Below, piece after piece: positions 48,803 through 58,500 of a stretch of 64,000 nucleotides of DNA. The stretch covers positions 40,837-104,836 of the forward strand of contig JAIBBF010000003.1 of assembly GCA_019694795.1 (NCBI GenBank). Direction: 5' to 3'. The translations under genes were made by a program, and so were the position numbers. How positions within the stretch are numbered: the stretch's first letter is position 1; each line of letters begins with the position of its first letter. This DNA is from Flavobacteriales bacterium (GTDB lineage: Bacteria; Bacteroidota; Bacteroidia; Flavobacteriales_D; UBA2798). The notes under the pieces were generated by a model, which was not told the origin of the DNA, made no database searches, and saw nothing but the letters and a program-made list of their open reading frames with translations.

Positions 48803-51800
48803 ATGAAGAAAATACTACTTATTGTCTTTTTACTGATAGGGTCCTTTACCGGACTTTTTAGTCAGAACAATATATTCAAACCCGATCCAATCTGGATAGA
48901 ACAGTCCATCCAGCAACATTTTTCATTTGATGCTTTTGTGGCAGCATTAAAGGAAAAAACGGATCACGTGTTGCTTTCCAACGGGAACTATAAACCACTT
49001 TTATTAAAACTTTACACTTCAAGCAGAAAGAGAATCCTCAGAAAATATTTTAAAGGGGAATTAAATATTGCCTTTATCGAAAGTGAATTTGAAAAGCAAA
49101 TTAATTCTATACTTACCGTATTACCTACGCTGAGTGCTTCAGATTTAGATATTCGATTAGCACGACTAACCAATCTGGATTCGGATCACGATCATCCGCA
49201 ACGTGTACCCGGCGGACCATGCGACAATCCGGATTTTGAGACTTGTAATTTTAATAACTGGCAAATGGTGACCGGTACAGTGGATGGTAGTCAGCCTTAT
49301 TCATTTACCGGAGCAACCAATACTACATCATTTTCTACGATCAATTCACCATCCAGTGGAACAGATCAGCACTATATCTGCAATGGTGGAACGGATACCT
49401 ATGGTTTCCCAATGGTATACCCAGGTGGGTCCTGCTCTGCAGAAATTGGTGATTTTTCAGGATTAGGTTACGACGCTTCACAAATTCGTCAAACCTTTTT
49501 AGTTTCATCAGGCGACGCAATTCTTACATTGAATTATGCAGTTTGTTTAGAAGATGGTGGACATGCGGCTAATGAACAACCTTATTTCCGAATGAGGGTT
49601 TATGATCAGTCAGGAAATTCCATCACCTGTGCAGCCTATGAAGCCGTTGCGGGAGATGGTCAACCCGGTTGGCAATCTTCAGGGATTTGGCAATATAAAC
49701 CCTGGACAACAGTATTTATTCCTCTAGCACCTTATTTGGGACAAAACGTAACGGTTGAATTTACTGTTGGAGATTGTTCACAAGGTGGTCATGCAGGTTA
49801 TGCTTATGTGGATGCATCTTGCTCTGCAATGGCGATGGATTTATCTGCGACTGCTGTTTGCGCGGGACAGCCTATTACGCTTACGGGTCCTGCCGGTGCT
49901 GCATCTTACCTGTGGAGTAATGGAGCTACAACACAAACCATCTCAACAACTACCCCGGGTGCCTATTCTGTTACCGTTACACCTGTAACAGGGTCAGCAT
50001 GCGCAATTACTTTAGATACTGTTGTTTCGGCAAGTCCTAACCCAATTGCTCAATTCACCAATAACGGTCCGGTTTGTTTTGGACAGCCTATTACGTTTAC
50101 AGATCAATCCAATCCCAATGGATCAACTATCGATTCATGGTCATGGGATTTTGGCGACGGATCAAGTTCTACTTCACAAAATCCGACTCATACTTACGCA
50201 GCAGGAGGAACCTATACGGTTACATTAACCGTTTCAACCCCTGCTGGATGTACGAATTCCACTACGGCAAACATAACACAGGCTCCTCAGCTTACCTTGC
50301 CCACTTCTTTCGTAGATGAAACATGTGGTCAATGTGACGGAGTTGCCATTGTTGCACCACAAGGAGGCACATCACCTTATTCATACAACTGGAATGGGGC
50401 AGGACCTAATGCTCCTTCGATCAACAATCTTTGTTCAGGAAATTATCCGGTAACTGTAACCGATAATATGGGTTGCACGCAAACGGCAAGCGTTGCAGTA
50501 GGAAATGGAGGAGGATTATCTATCACTTCTATTACATCTACACCAGAACAATGTCAGGGTGATTGCTCCGGTACAATTACAATTACAGCTCCTGGAGCAA
50601 CGCAGTTTTCAATCGATGGAGGAGCAACATTTACTGCCAGTGGAAATTTTGCAAATGTTTGTTTTGGGAATTACAACGTTGCTGTAACAAATGCTTCAGG
50701 ATGTAGTGCAACCGGAACTGTTTCAGTAACGGCACCTAATCCTATGACATTAACTGCTACCGGCGATACCTTAATCTGTATTGGAGGTACAGCGGTAATT
50801 TCCGCTTCTGTAGTTGGTGGTACTGCTCCTGTAACTTTAATTTGGGACCAGGGCTTGCCTAATGGTTCTCCACAATCTGTTTCTCCTTCTGCAAATACAA
50901 CTTATTCAGTTTTTGCACAAGATGCGAATGGATGTACTACCACTCCACAAACAGTAGACGTAACAATCAACCCTCCTCTAAATGTTATTGCATCGAATGA
51001 TGTGAGTATTTGTCCAGGACAAAGCGCTTCAATTTCTGCCAATGCATCTGGTGGAAATGGTGGACCTTACACGTATGTTTGGACCGATGGAAATGGAAAT
51101 ACCTTGAATGGACAAAACCAAACGGTTTCTCCTTCTGCAAATACTACTTACACAGTAACGGCAACCGATAACTGCGGAACACCATCTGCAACCGATCAGG
51201 TGGTGGTAACAATTAATCCTGTACCGGTGGTAACCTTTGTTGCCGATCAATTATCAGGATGTGTTCCATTAGCAGTAAACTTTACCAATACAACTGATCC
51301 ATTGTTAACCAATAACTGCAGTTGGGATTTTGGTGATGGAAGTACATCTAACAACTGTGTCAGCTCCCACGTGTTTACACAAACAGGATGTTTCGATATC
51401 AGTCTCACTGTAACATCGCCTGATGGTTGTGTTGGTTCTTTAACCGTTCCTTCCATGATCTGTGTGTACCCTTACCCGGTTGCAGATTTTAATTTCGGAC
51501 CCCAACCGGCAAACATCCTCGATCCTGAAATTGATTTTGTGGACGCCTCTTCGGGAGCATCTACTTACCTGTGGGATTTTGCAGGATTAGGAAGTTCTGC
51601 ATTAGCCAATCCAACATTTGTTTTCCCTGAAGATGAACCCGGATCTTACAATGTATGTTTGCATGTAGAAAACCAATACGGATGTGCAGATGATATCTGT
51701 AAAATTGTGGTGATCGATGATTATTTCACTATTTATGTTCCAAATGTTTTCACACCAGATGGTGATGGTCATAACGATTTCTTTTTCCCTGTTATCGATG

Positions 51801-52006
51801 GTTATTTAACCGGATCTTACCAGCTCTATATTTTTAACCGCTGGGGTGAGATAGTATTCTCCTCAACGGATCCGTCTGTGAGTTGGGATGGTTATAACAA
51901 AGGACAAATGAGCAAAGAGGATGTTTACGTTTGGAAGATTATTGTGAAGGATGCTACTGAGAAAAAGAAAAGGACATTTGTTGGACACGTGTCCTTGTTA
52001 AAATAA
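48803..52006 (+). CDS. Large T9SS type B cargo adhesin (Cys-rich jelly-roll, Ig-like/SprB-like repeats, PKD domains, gliding-motility-type C-terminal domain)
   Basis: Start chosen at ATG 48803 (MKKILLIVFLLIGSFTGLFSQ). PKD signatures WSWDFGDGSSS...HTYAAGGTYTVTLTV and CSWDFGDGSTS. The C-terminal YVPNVFTPDGDGHNDFFFP...IFNRWGEIVF...WDG...VYVW pattern is a type B sorting domain. Confidence 0.8.
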   Translation: MKKILLIVFLLIGSFTGLFSQNNIFKPDPIWIEQSIQQHFSFDAFVAALKEKTDHVLLSNGNYKPLLLKLYTSSRKRILRKYFKGELNIAFIESEFEKQINSILTVLPTLSASDLDIRLARLTNLDSDHDHPQRVPGGPCDNPDFETCNFNNWQMVTGTVDGSQPYSFTGATNTTSFSTINSPSSGTDQHYICNGGTDTYGFPMVYPGGSCSAEIGDFSGLGYDASQIRQTFLVSSGDAILTLNYAVCLEDGGHAANEQPYFRMRVYDQSGNSITCAAYEAVAGDGQPGWQSSGIWQYKPWTTVFIPLAPYLGQNVTVEFTVGDCSQGGHAGYAYVDASCSAMAMDLSATAVCAGQPITLTGPAGAASYLWSNGATTQTISTTTPGAYSVTVTPVTGSACAITLDTVVSASPNPIAQFTNNGPVCFGQPITFTDQSNPNGSTIDSWSWDFGDGSSSTSQNPTHTYAAGGTYTVTLTVSTPAGCTNSTTANITQAPQLTLPTSFVDETCGQCDGVAIVAPQGGTSPYSYNWNGAGPNAPSINNLCSGNYPVTVTDNMGCTQTASVAVGNGGGLSITSITSTPEQCQGDCSGTITITAPGATQFSIDGGATFTASGNFANVCFGNYNVAVTNASGCSATGTVSVTAPNPMTLTATGDTLICIGGTAVISASVVGGTAPVTLIWDQGLPNGSPQSVSPSANTTYSVFAQDANGCTTTPQTVDVTINPPLNVIASNDVSICPGQSASISANASGGNGGPYTYVWTDGNGNTLNGQNQTVSPSANTTYTVTATDNCGTPSATDQVVVTINPVPVVTFVADQLSGCVPLAVNFTNTTDPLLTNNCSWDFGDGSTSNNCVSSHVFTQTGCFDISLTVTSPDGCVGSLTVPSMICVYPYPVADFNFGPQPANILDPEIDFVDASSGASTYLWDFAGLGSSALANPTFVFPEDEPGSYNVCLHVENQYGCADDICKIVVIDDYFTIYVPNVFTPDGDGHNDFFFPVIDGYLTGSYQLYIFNRWGEIVFSSTDPSVSWDGYNKGQMSKEDVYVWKIIVKDATEKKKRTFVGHVSLLK

Positions 52007-52145
52007 TCAGCGATAATGATTAGTCCTCCTCTGATTTAGAGGGGATTGGTCGTTATAAATATTTCATTAAGCCATTTTTTTTCGGCTTTCGTCTGGCTTT
52101 ATCGTTTTTTTACCTTATTTTTATTGGTCGAATCGAACCATTGCC

Positions 52146-53834
52146 ATGAGAAAATTTCTATTTGGTGCTATTACATTTTTGATGCTAGCCCTTCCGGGAA
52201 AAGCACAGGATGTTGGGATTACATCTATCATTTCTCCCGTAAACGGATGCTGTGTTGGTATGGATACGGTTCGTTTGTATCTCTATAATTATTCTTTATT
52301 TCCCATAGGTGGAAATTTTAATATTTGTTACACGGTTAACGGCGGTGCTCCTATTTGCGAAACCATTTTAACCAGTATTTCCCCCAATGCATCTTATCTT
52401 TTTGGATTCAATACGCAATGGAATTTTCAATGCCCGGGCTCATATCAGGTTTGTGCAACGGTTACTTTTGCTGGGGATGTCAATCTGGCAAATAACTCTT
52501 TATGCCTCAACATGGTTTCAGATACTTTTGTTGTAGGCGGTAGTATTGTTGGGCCTGATACTGTTTGTGCCCTTGCTAATAACGGAGTGATGGTACTGCA
52601 GGATAATAATCATAATGACTCATTGTTATGGCAGTTTTCCAATGATGGATTTATCACTTCTGCAAATACGCCAAACGACTCCGCTTCTTATTTATTTTCA
52701 GGACTCACTCAAACCACCACTTTCCGTGTTTTTGTAGATGGCGGATATTGTCCTGATGGGTATTCAACAACACATACTATTAATGTGGATCAACCTCCGG
52801 TTGCAGGTACACTTCTAAGCAATATGAATGTTTGTGCGGGGAATAATACCGGGCAATTGGATATGGTCGGCGGATTTGGGGATTCGATTTTTTGGTCGAG
52901 TTCTATTGGAGGACCCTTTACTAATTTTGCCAACGATTCCAGTTCATACACGTTTAATAATCTAGCTCAAACTACCCAGTTTCAGGCCTGGATAAGTAAC
53001 GGTGTTTGTCCACCCACTGGATCCAATATTATTACCGTCACCACCGATCCGCCAACGGTCCCTGGAACAGTAAGCGGGGCAACAGTTGAGTGTTTTGGCG
53101 TAAATACCGGTTCTGTGAATCTACTTGCCAATAATGGAAATATTTTAGGATGGATTTATTCCTCTGATAATGGTTCCACCTGGCAGAATAACTCCAATAC
53201 GACAGCTATCCTAAACTATACCAACTTAACGGATACTACCATTTATTGCGCGGTGGTACAAAGTACCGGTTGCCCTGCAGATACATCAGTTTGCGATACG
53301 GTAATTGTCGTTCCATTGCCTGTAGCTGATGCTGGAGTGGATGATACTATTTTTATTTATGATCAAACACAGTTGATGGGTTCGGGAGGATTATTTTACA
53401 CCTGGACGCCTACCGATAGTTTATCTGATCCGAACCTTTCAAACCCATTTGCAAAACCTTCAGTTACTACAACGTACACACTAACCGTAACAGATGCATA
53501 CGGTTGTTTTGATACAGATGATGTTACCATTTTCGTTATTGATACTACAGCTCCCCCAACTCCCACAACTATAACTATTACAAATTATATTTCCGTCAAT
53601 GGAGATGGACTAAACGATGTTTGGAACATTATGAATATTGAATACTTCCCGGATAATGAGGTGATGATATTTAATAATCAGGGAGAAATTGTATATGAAA
53701 AATCAGGATACGATAATACATGGGGAGGAACCTATAATGGGGACAAACTTCCTGACGGCTCCTATTTTTATGTAGTAAAAGTGAATAGTTTAAATCAAAA
53801 AGTAAAAGGCGTACTTACGATTACAAGTAAATGA
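52146..53834 (+). CDS. T9SS type B cargo protein (CARDB-like domain, three ~87-aa repeats, type B C-terminal domain)
   Basis: Signal peptide ending GKAQ. CARDB-like N-terminus (DVGITSIISP...VNLANNS). Three repeats at aa ~129-390. The C-terminal ISVNGDGLNDVWNI...IFNNQGEIVYE...WGGTYNG...GSYFYVV pattern is a type B sorting domain. Confidence 0.8.
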   Translation: MRKFLFGAITFLMLALPGKAQDVGITSIISPVNGCCVGMDTVRLYLYNYSLFPIGGNFNICYTVNGGAPICETILTSISPNASYLFGFNTQWNFQCPGSYQVCATVTFAGDVNLANNSLCLNMVSDTFVVGGSIVGPDTVCALANNGVMVLQDNNHNDSLLWQFSNDGFITSANTPNDSASYLFSGLTQTTTFRVFVDGGYCPDGYSTTHTINVDQPPVAGTLLSNMNVCAGNNTGQLDMVGGFGDSIFWSSSIGGPFTNFANDSSSYTFNNLAQTTQFQAWISNGVCPPTGSNIITVTTDPPTVPGTVSGATVECFGVNTGSVNLLANNGNILGWIYSSDNGSTWQNNSNTTAILNYTNLTDTTIYCAVVQSTGCPADTSVCDTVIVVPLPVADAGVDDTIFIYDQTQLMGSGGLFYTWTPTDSLSDPNLSNPFAKPSVTTTYTLTVTDAYGCFDTDDVTIFVIDTTAPPTPTTITITNYISVNGDGLNDVWNIMNIEYFPDNEVMIFNNQGEIVYEKSGYDNTWGGTYNGDKLPDGSYFYVVKVNSLNQKVKGVLTITSK

Positions 53835-55279
53835 CATCCTACATCCGACATAGCCTTTTATTGCTTTTGCTGATTATTTCCCGCACTGGTTTTTCCCAGC
53901 AGGTTCCTTTGTATAATCAGTATTACATTAATCCGTTTGTTTTAAATCCTTCCTTAAGCGGACACGATGATAAAACCAATGCGTATTTCCTGCGCAATCA
54001 GAAATACCTGGGATTTGATGGTGGTAATGTCACCAATATTTTAACGGTCGACGGTAAAGTATTTACAGATAAAATTGGATTAGGATTAACCATCTTTAAT
54101 GATCAAATGGGACCCGCCATTTCACAAGGAGCCGGATTGTCATTTTCTTATAAAGTAAATTTTCAGGAAGATGTCGCTTTAGGTTTCGGGATGTCGGGCG
54201 GAGTAACTGACCGAAGATTCGATCCGAGTAATTTGGTGGTGAAAGACTGGAACGATCCTACCATTCAGTATGTATTTCCATCACGCAAAACATATTTCGA
54301 TTTAACAGCGGGATTGTATTTTGATTATAAAAAGTTTCAGGTTGGTGTATCGGCACCACAATTACTGGCCAACGATATTAAGTTAGCTATTGACGGATCA
54401 CATATTTTATCCCGCCATTATTTCATGCACATGAAATATGATTGGATGGTTTCTGAACCTTTGAACCTCTCCATTATTCCATTTGCAAAAGTAATGTATG
54501 TTACCGGTGCACCTTTACAGTATGATATCAATGTAAGTGCAGACTTCAAGAATATTGGTTGGGTCACTGCAACATATAGAAGCAATTATTCAGTTGGTGC
54601 TAACCTGGGAGTAAGAATTAAAAAGAACCTGATGTTGGGTTATTCCTACAATTTTGTAATGAATAATACCAATGCCTACGGCCCCGTAAATCAGGAAATA
54701 TTGTTCGGATATTCTTTTGGAACGAAGAGCAACGACAAGGAGAAGAAATTACTTGAAGAAGCTCTGAAGGAAAATGAACGTCTGAAAATGGAGCTTCAGA
54801 AAAAACAAAATGAAAACGATTCTCTTGCCAGAGAGAAAGCACGAAGTGAAGAAGAATTGAATGAAAAACTTCGTAAGCAAGAGGAATATTATAACGATAC
54901 GGTAAACAAACTCAACGAAGAGATACGCAAGCTGCGTGAGCAGAAGAAAACGGTTGAAGAAGTTAAAACGACCAATACAACCGACGATAAGTTGATCCGC
55001 AGAACGGATAATGACCATTTTGTTGAACTCGATAAAACAACTGAATCACCTAAGGGGTACTATGTAATTGATGGAGCATTTGGTCAACTTTCCAATGCAG
55101 AAGAACATTTCAACGAAATAAAAGCCAACTTCCCTGAAGCACGAATTATATTTAACGAGAGAAATCAGTTGCACTATATTCTTCTGACCTATTCAACGGA
55201 AAAGACCAAAGTATTCGACACGCATAGAAAGTCGAGAGGTCTTGGGCTGGAGAAGAGCTGGATTCTTGAGTACCGTTAA
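53831..55279 (+). CDS. PorP/SprF family T9SS membrane protein with C-terminal coiled-coil and SPOR-like extension
   Basis: N-terminal ~297 aa: the QQVPLYNQYYINPFVLNPSLSG opening and beta-barrel pattern typical of PorP/SprF. Then a ~80-aa Glu/Lys heptad region and a ~75-aa terminal domain (YYVIDGAFGQLSNAEEHFNEIKANFPEARII...YILLTY). ATGA overlap with the upstream cargo gene. Confidence 0.75.
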   Translation: MTSYIRHSLLLLLLIISRTGFSQQVPLYNQYYINPFVLNPSLSGHDDKTNAYFLRNQKYLGFDGGNVTNILTVDGKVFTDKIGLGLTIFNDQMGPAISQGAGLSFSYKVNFQEDVALGFGMSGGVTDRRFDPSNLVVKDWNDPTIQYVFPSRKTYFDLTAGLYFDYKKFQVGVSAPQLLANDIKLAIDGSHILSRHYFMHMKYDWMVSEPLNLSIIPFAKVMYVTGAPLQYDINVSADFKNIGWVTATYRSNYSVGANLGVRIKKNLMLGYSYNFVMNNTNAYGPVNQEILFGYSFGTKSNDKEKKLLEEALKENERLKMELQKKQNENDSLAREKARSEEELNEKLRKQEEYYNDTVNKLNEEIRKLREQKKTVEEVKTTNTTDDKLIRRTDNDHFVELDKTTESPKGYYVIDGAFGQLSNAEEHFNEIKANFPEARIIFNERNQLHYILLTYSTEKTKVFDTHRKSRGLGLEKSWILEYR

Positions 55280-55529
55280 TCGGAAGGCATCCTTTAATTC
55301 CCTTGTTTTGTCATTTCCCGGTCACCGTTGCCTAGTTGGTCGACAATTTACCGATTTAGATATGAAGGGGTTAGCCCTTTATTTTGGGGTATGACCAAAA
55401 ATGTCGTCCTATTTTTATAACCTATAATTGTTAATAACGTATGATTTGGCTACTTTAGAAGGCTTATTTCCTTAATGTTTGCGGTGGGGATTGGGCAAGC
55501 TCAAGTTGTTAACAACTTTAAACTTAACT

Positions 55530-58500
55530 ATGAGAAAAACTCTACTCGGACTGCTCCTGATCAGTGCGGCCACAAGCGGAGCGTTTGGACAAAACATTTG
55601 TTTACGTGCCAACAACGATTTTACATCTGCCAATGGAACCAATGGGGTAACCAACCCTAAATTCTGTGCAAAAGGAGATTTTAACGGAGATGGGATTCTT
55701 GATGTATTAACATCAAATCCGAACGTTACCAATGTTTCTTCTGTTTCGGTATTTTTCGGACAAGGCAATGGATTATTCACGTTCCAGGACACCGTAACCA
55801 TTACCCCATCCGCATCGAACGCACAGGCACTTGCTGTTGCTGATTTTAACAGTGACGGTAAATCAGATTTTGTGGTGGTTAAACGTATTAGTACTTCGTC
55901 CAATGTTCGTGTGATGGTTGGAGATGGCACCGGAAATTTTAATCTCTATGCCGATCTTTCTGTTGCGTCTTTATTGTTGACTGACGTCGTAACCGGCGAT
56001 TTTAATAATGATGGCAGTGTTGATATTGTAACGTTTGCAGCTTCATCTCCGGGTACTCTTACTTTTTTTGCAAATAACGGAGCAGGCTTTGATGCCGGAG
56101 TAAATACAGCTCCAACTTTTACCGGTCTTGGATATTATGCAAAAGCTGCACAGGTTGATGCTTCAGTAGATAATAATTTAGATGTAGTAATTACACGAAA
56201 TGGTTCCGATCGCCTCACCTTAATGCGAGGAACAGGAACAGGAACATTTACTACAGGCTTTAATATTTTAATTGGTACGGCACCGCGTGATTTGGATCTT
56301 GGAGATTTAAATGGCGATGGATTCGTTGATGTAGCTGTTGCTATGAGTGGATCCGATTCCGTACATGTTGTTTTCACCAACGGAAGTGGTGCAGTGACTT
56401 CTATTTCCAGATTCCGCTCCGGTGGAGATGGTCCTCAATCTTTATCCTTAGTCGATATCGATAATGATGGCGATAAGGATATCGTTGTTGCTAATCTTAC
56501 CGATTATGTTGTTGGTTTATTAGTTAATGATGGAACAGGAAACTTTACCTTAAAACGATACGAAGGATTTAAAGATCCGCAAGAATTAATTGTCGGAAAT
56601 TTCGATAGCGATGCATTTGCGGATGTAGTGTTTACTTCTGCCGGTACCAAATCGCTCATGTTTATGGGGAACAATGGTGCAGGCGGGTTTAATTCCTATA
56701 ACAATATTTTTTATCCCACATTTACCGCCCTTCCCAATGGGTCCACCTCCGGTGATTTTAACGGGGATGGAAAAACGGACGTTGTTTCATCCAATGTTTC
56801 TACCACTTCGTTTTCACTTTTTAGTGGTAATGGATTAGGTGATTTCACCTTTGTGGCAAGTACCTCGGCTGGTAATACCATTGCGGGAATTGCATCCGGA
56901 GATTTTGACGGTGACGGAAAAAGAGATGTGATGACAGTAGAAAGTACGAGTCAGAACATGGTGATTTATCCAGGTGACGGAGCAGGTGGCTTTAATGTTC
57001 CCAGCACTCTAGCATTACCTGGAAATCCAGCAGCTCTAAAAGTTAAAGATTTAGACAATGATGGTGATTTGGATGCTGTGGTCACATCCTTTGATGCATC
57101 CGCTGTATATGTATATAAAAATACGGCAGGTGTGTTTTCATTGGCTTCTACTTTAACAAGTGGACTGAACGGTTCAAACTCTACTTCCATATCTGAATTC
57201 AGTGGAGATAATATTCCGGATTTGGCTATTTGTAATAACACCAATGGAACAGTTCGTATTTATATCGGAACAGGAAACTGCAATTTTACTTCGGGTAATA
57301 GTGTAAATGTAAGTTCCAGCCCGGATATGGTCACCACCGGTGATTTTAACGGGGATGGTTTTAATGATGTAGCAGTTTGTTATGGAACAGGAGGAGCAAC
57401 CAATAACGATGTAAGTTATGCACTCGGAAATGGTAGTGGAAGTTTTGGTTCCGTTACTAATTTGGACATCGTGCAGGCTAATACAATTTCCTACATTGTC
57501 GGTGTTGATTTGAATCAGGATGGAATAACAGATATAGCAACAGCCAATACAGGAACACATGATGTTTCCATTTTAAAAGGTTCATTATCCGGACCCGCTT
57601 ATCAGCAAGGATTTTTCTCCGGATATAAAAGTGTTCACATTGTTGATGCTTATATCAATAATGATTTAATGCCTGATTTAGTCGTGTGTAATTCTGATGC
57701 TACCGGTGGAGGAAGCAGCGTTGCTGTTTTATTAAACCGATCAGCAAAAATCACTAATTCGGGAGCTGATTCTTTTTGTGCAGGAAACTCTGTTACATTA
57801 ACATCGACCGAAGCCTATTCTTACCAGTGGAATACTGTTGCAACTTCACAATCTATTGTGGTAAATACTTCTAACAATTACACTGTAACCACCGGAAACT
57901 TTAACAACAGTTGTTCCAGTGTTTCTTTACCTTATACCATTACTGTAAATGCAGCACCAACTGTATCGGGTGTTTCAGGAAATACCACCATTTGCGCAAG
58001 TGCAACTACAACACTAACCGCAAATAGTTCTGCATCTTCTCCAAGCTATCAATGGTTTGATGCTTCTTCGGGAGGAACATTATTAGGTTCAAATGCAAAC
58101 TATACCACTCCGGTATTGGTTTCCAATACTTCGTATTTTGTTGAGGTAACAGATGGTACTACAGGCTGTGTTTCTTCACCTCGTTTTCAGGTGGATGTTG
58201 TTATAGGCGATATTACAGCACCAACTATTTCTGGTTGTCCATCAGACATGACAGTAAACGTTACTGCCGGAACTTGTGGAGCCGTTGCAAGCTGGACTTC
58301 ACCAACGGCAACAGATAACTGCGGTGCTGCGAGTGTGACTCAAACCATCGGATTGCCTTCTGGAAGTACGTTTCCTGTTGGTGTGCATAATATACAATAT
58401 ACAGCTACAGATGGAGCTTCAAATACATCTACCTGTTCGTTTAATATTACCGTAGTTGATAATGAGCTTCCGGTATTCACATCGTGTCCATCTAACATCA

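Noticed and set aside
52118-52140. tRNA-like string ggtcgaatcgaacc upstream of 52146
   Set aside because: No acceptor stem, anticodon arm or T-loop consensus can be built around it. It is only a short imperfect inverted repeat.
55472-55930. 152-aa antisense ORF, and the 17-codon upstream extension (55479) of the giant adhesin
   Set aside because: The antisense ORF overlaps the adhesin 5' end with no features of its own. The signal peptide begins at ATG 55530.
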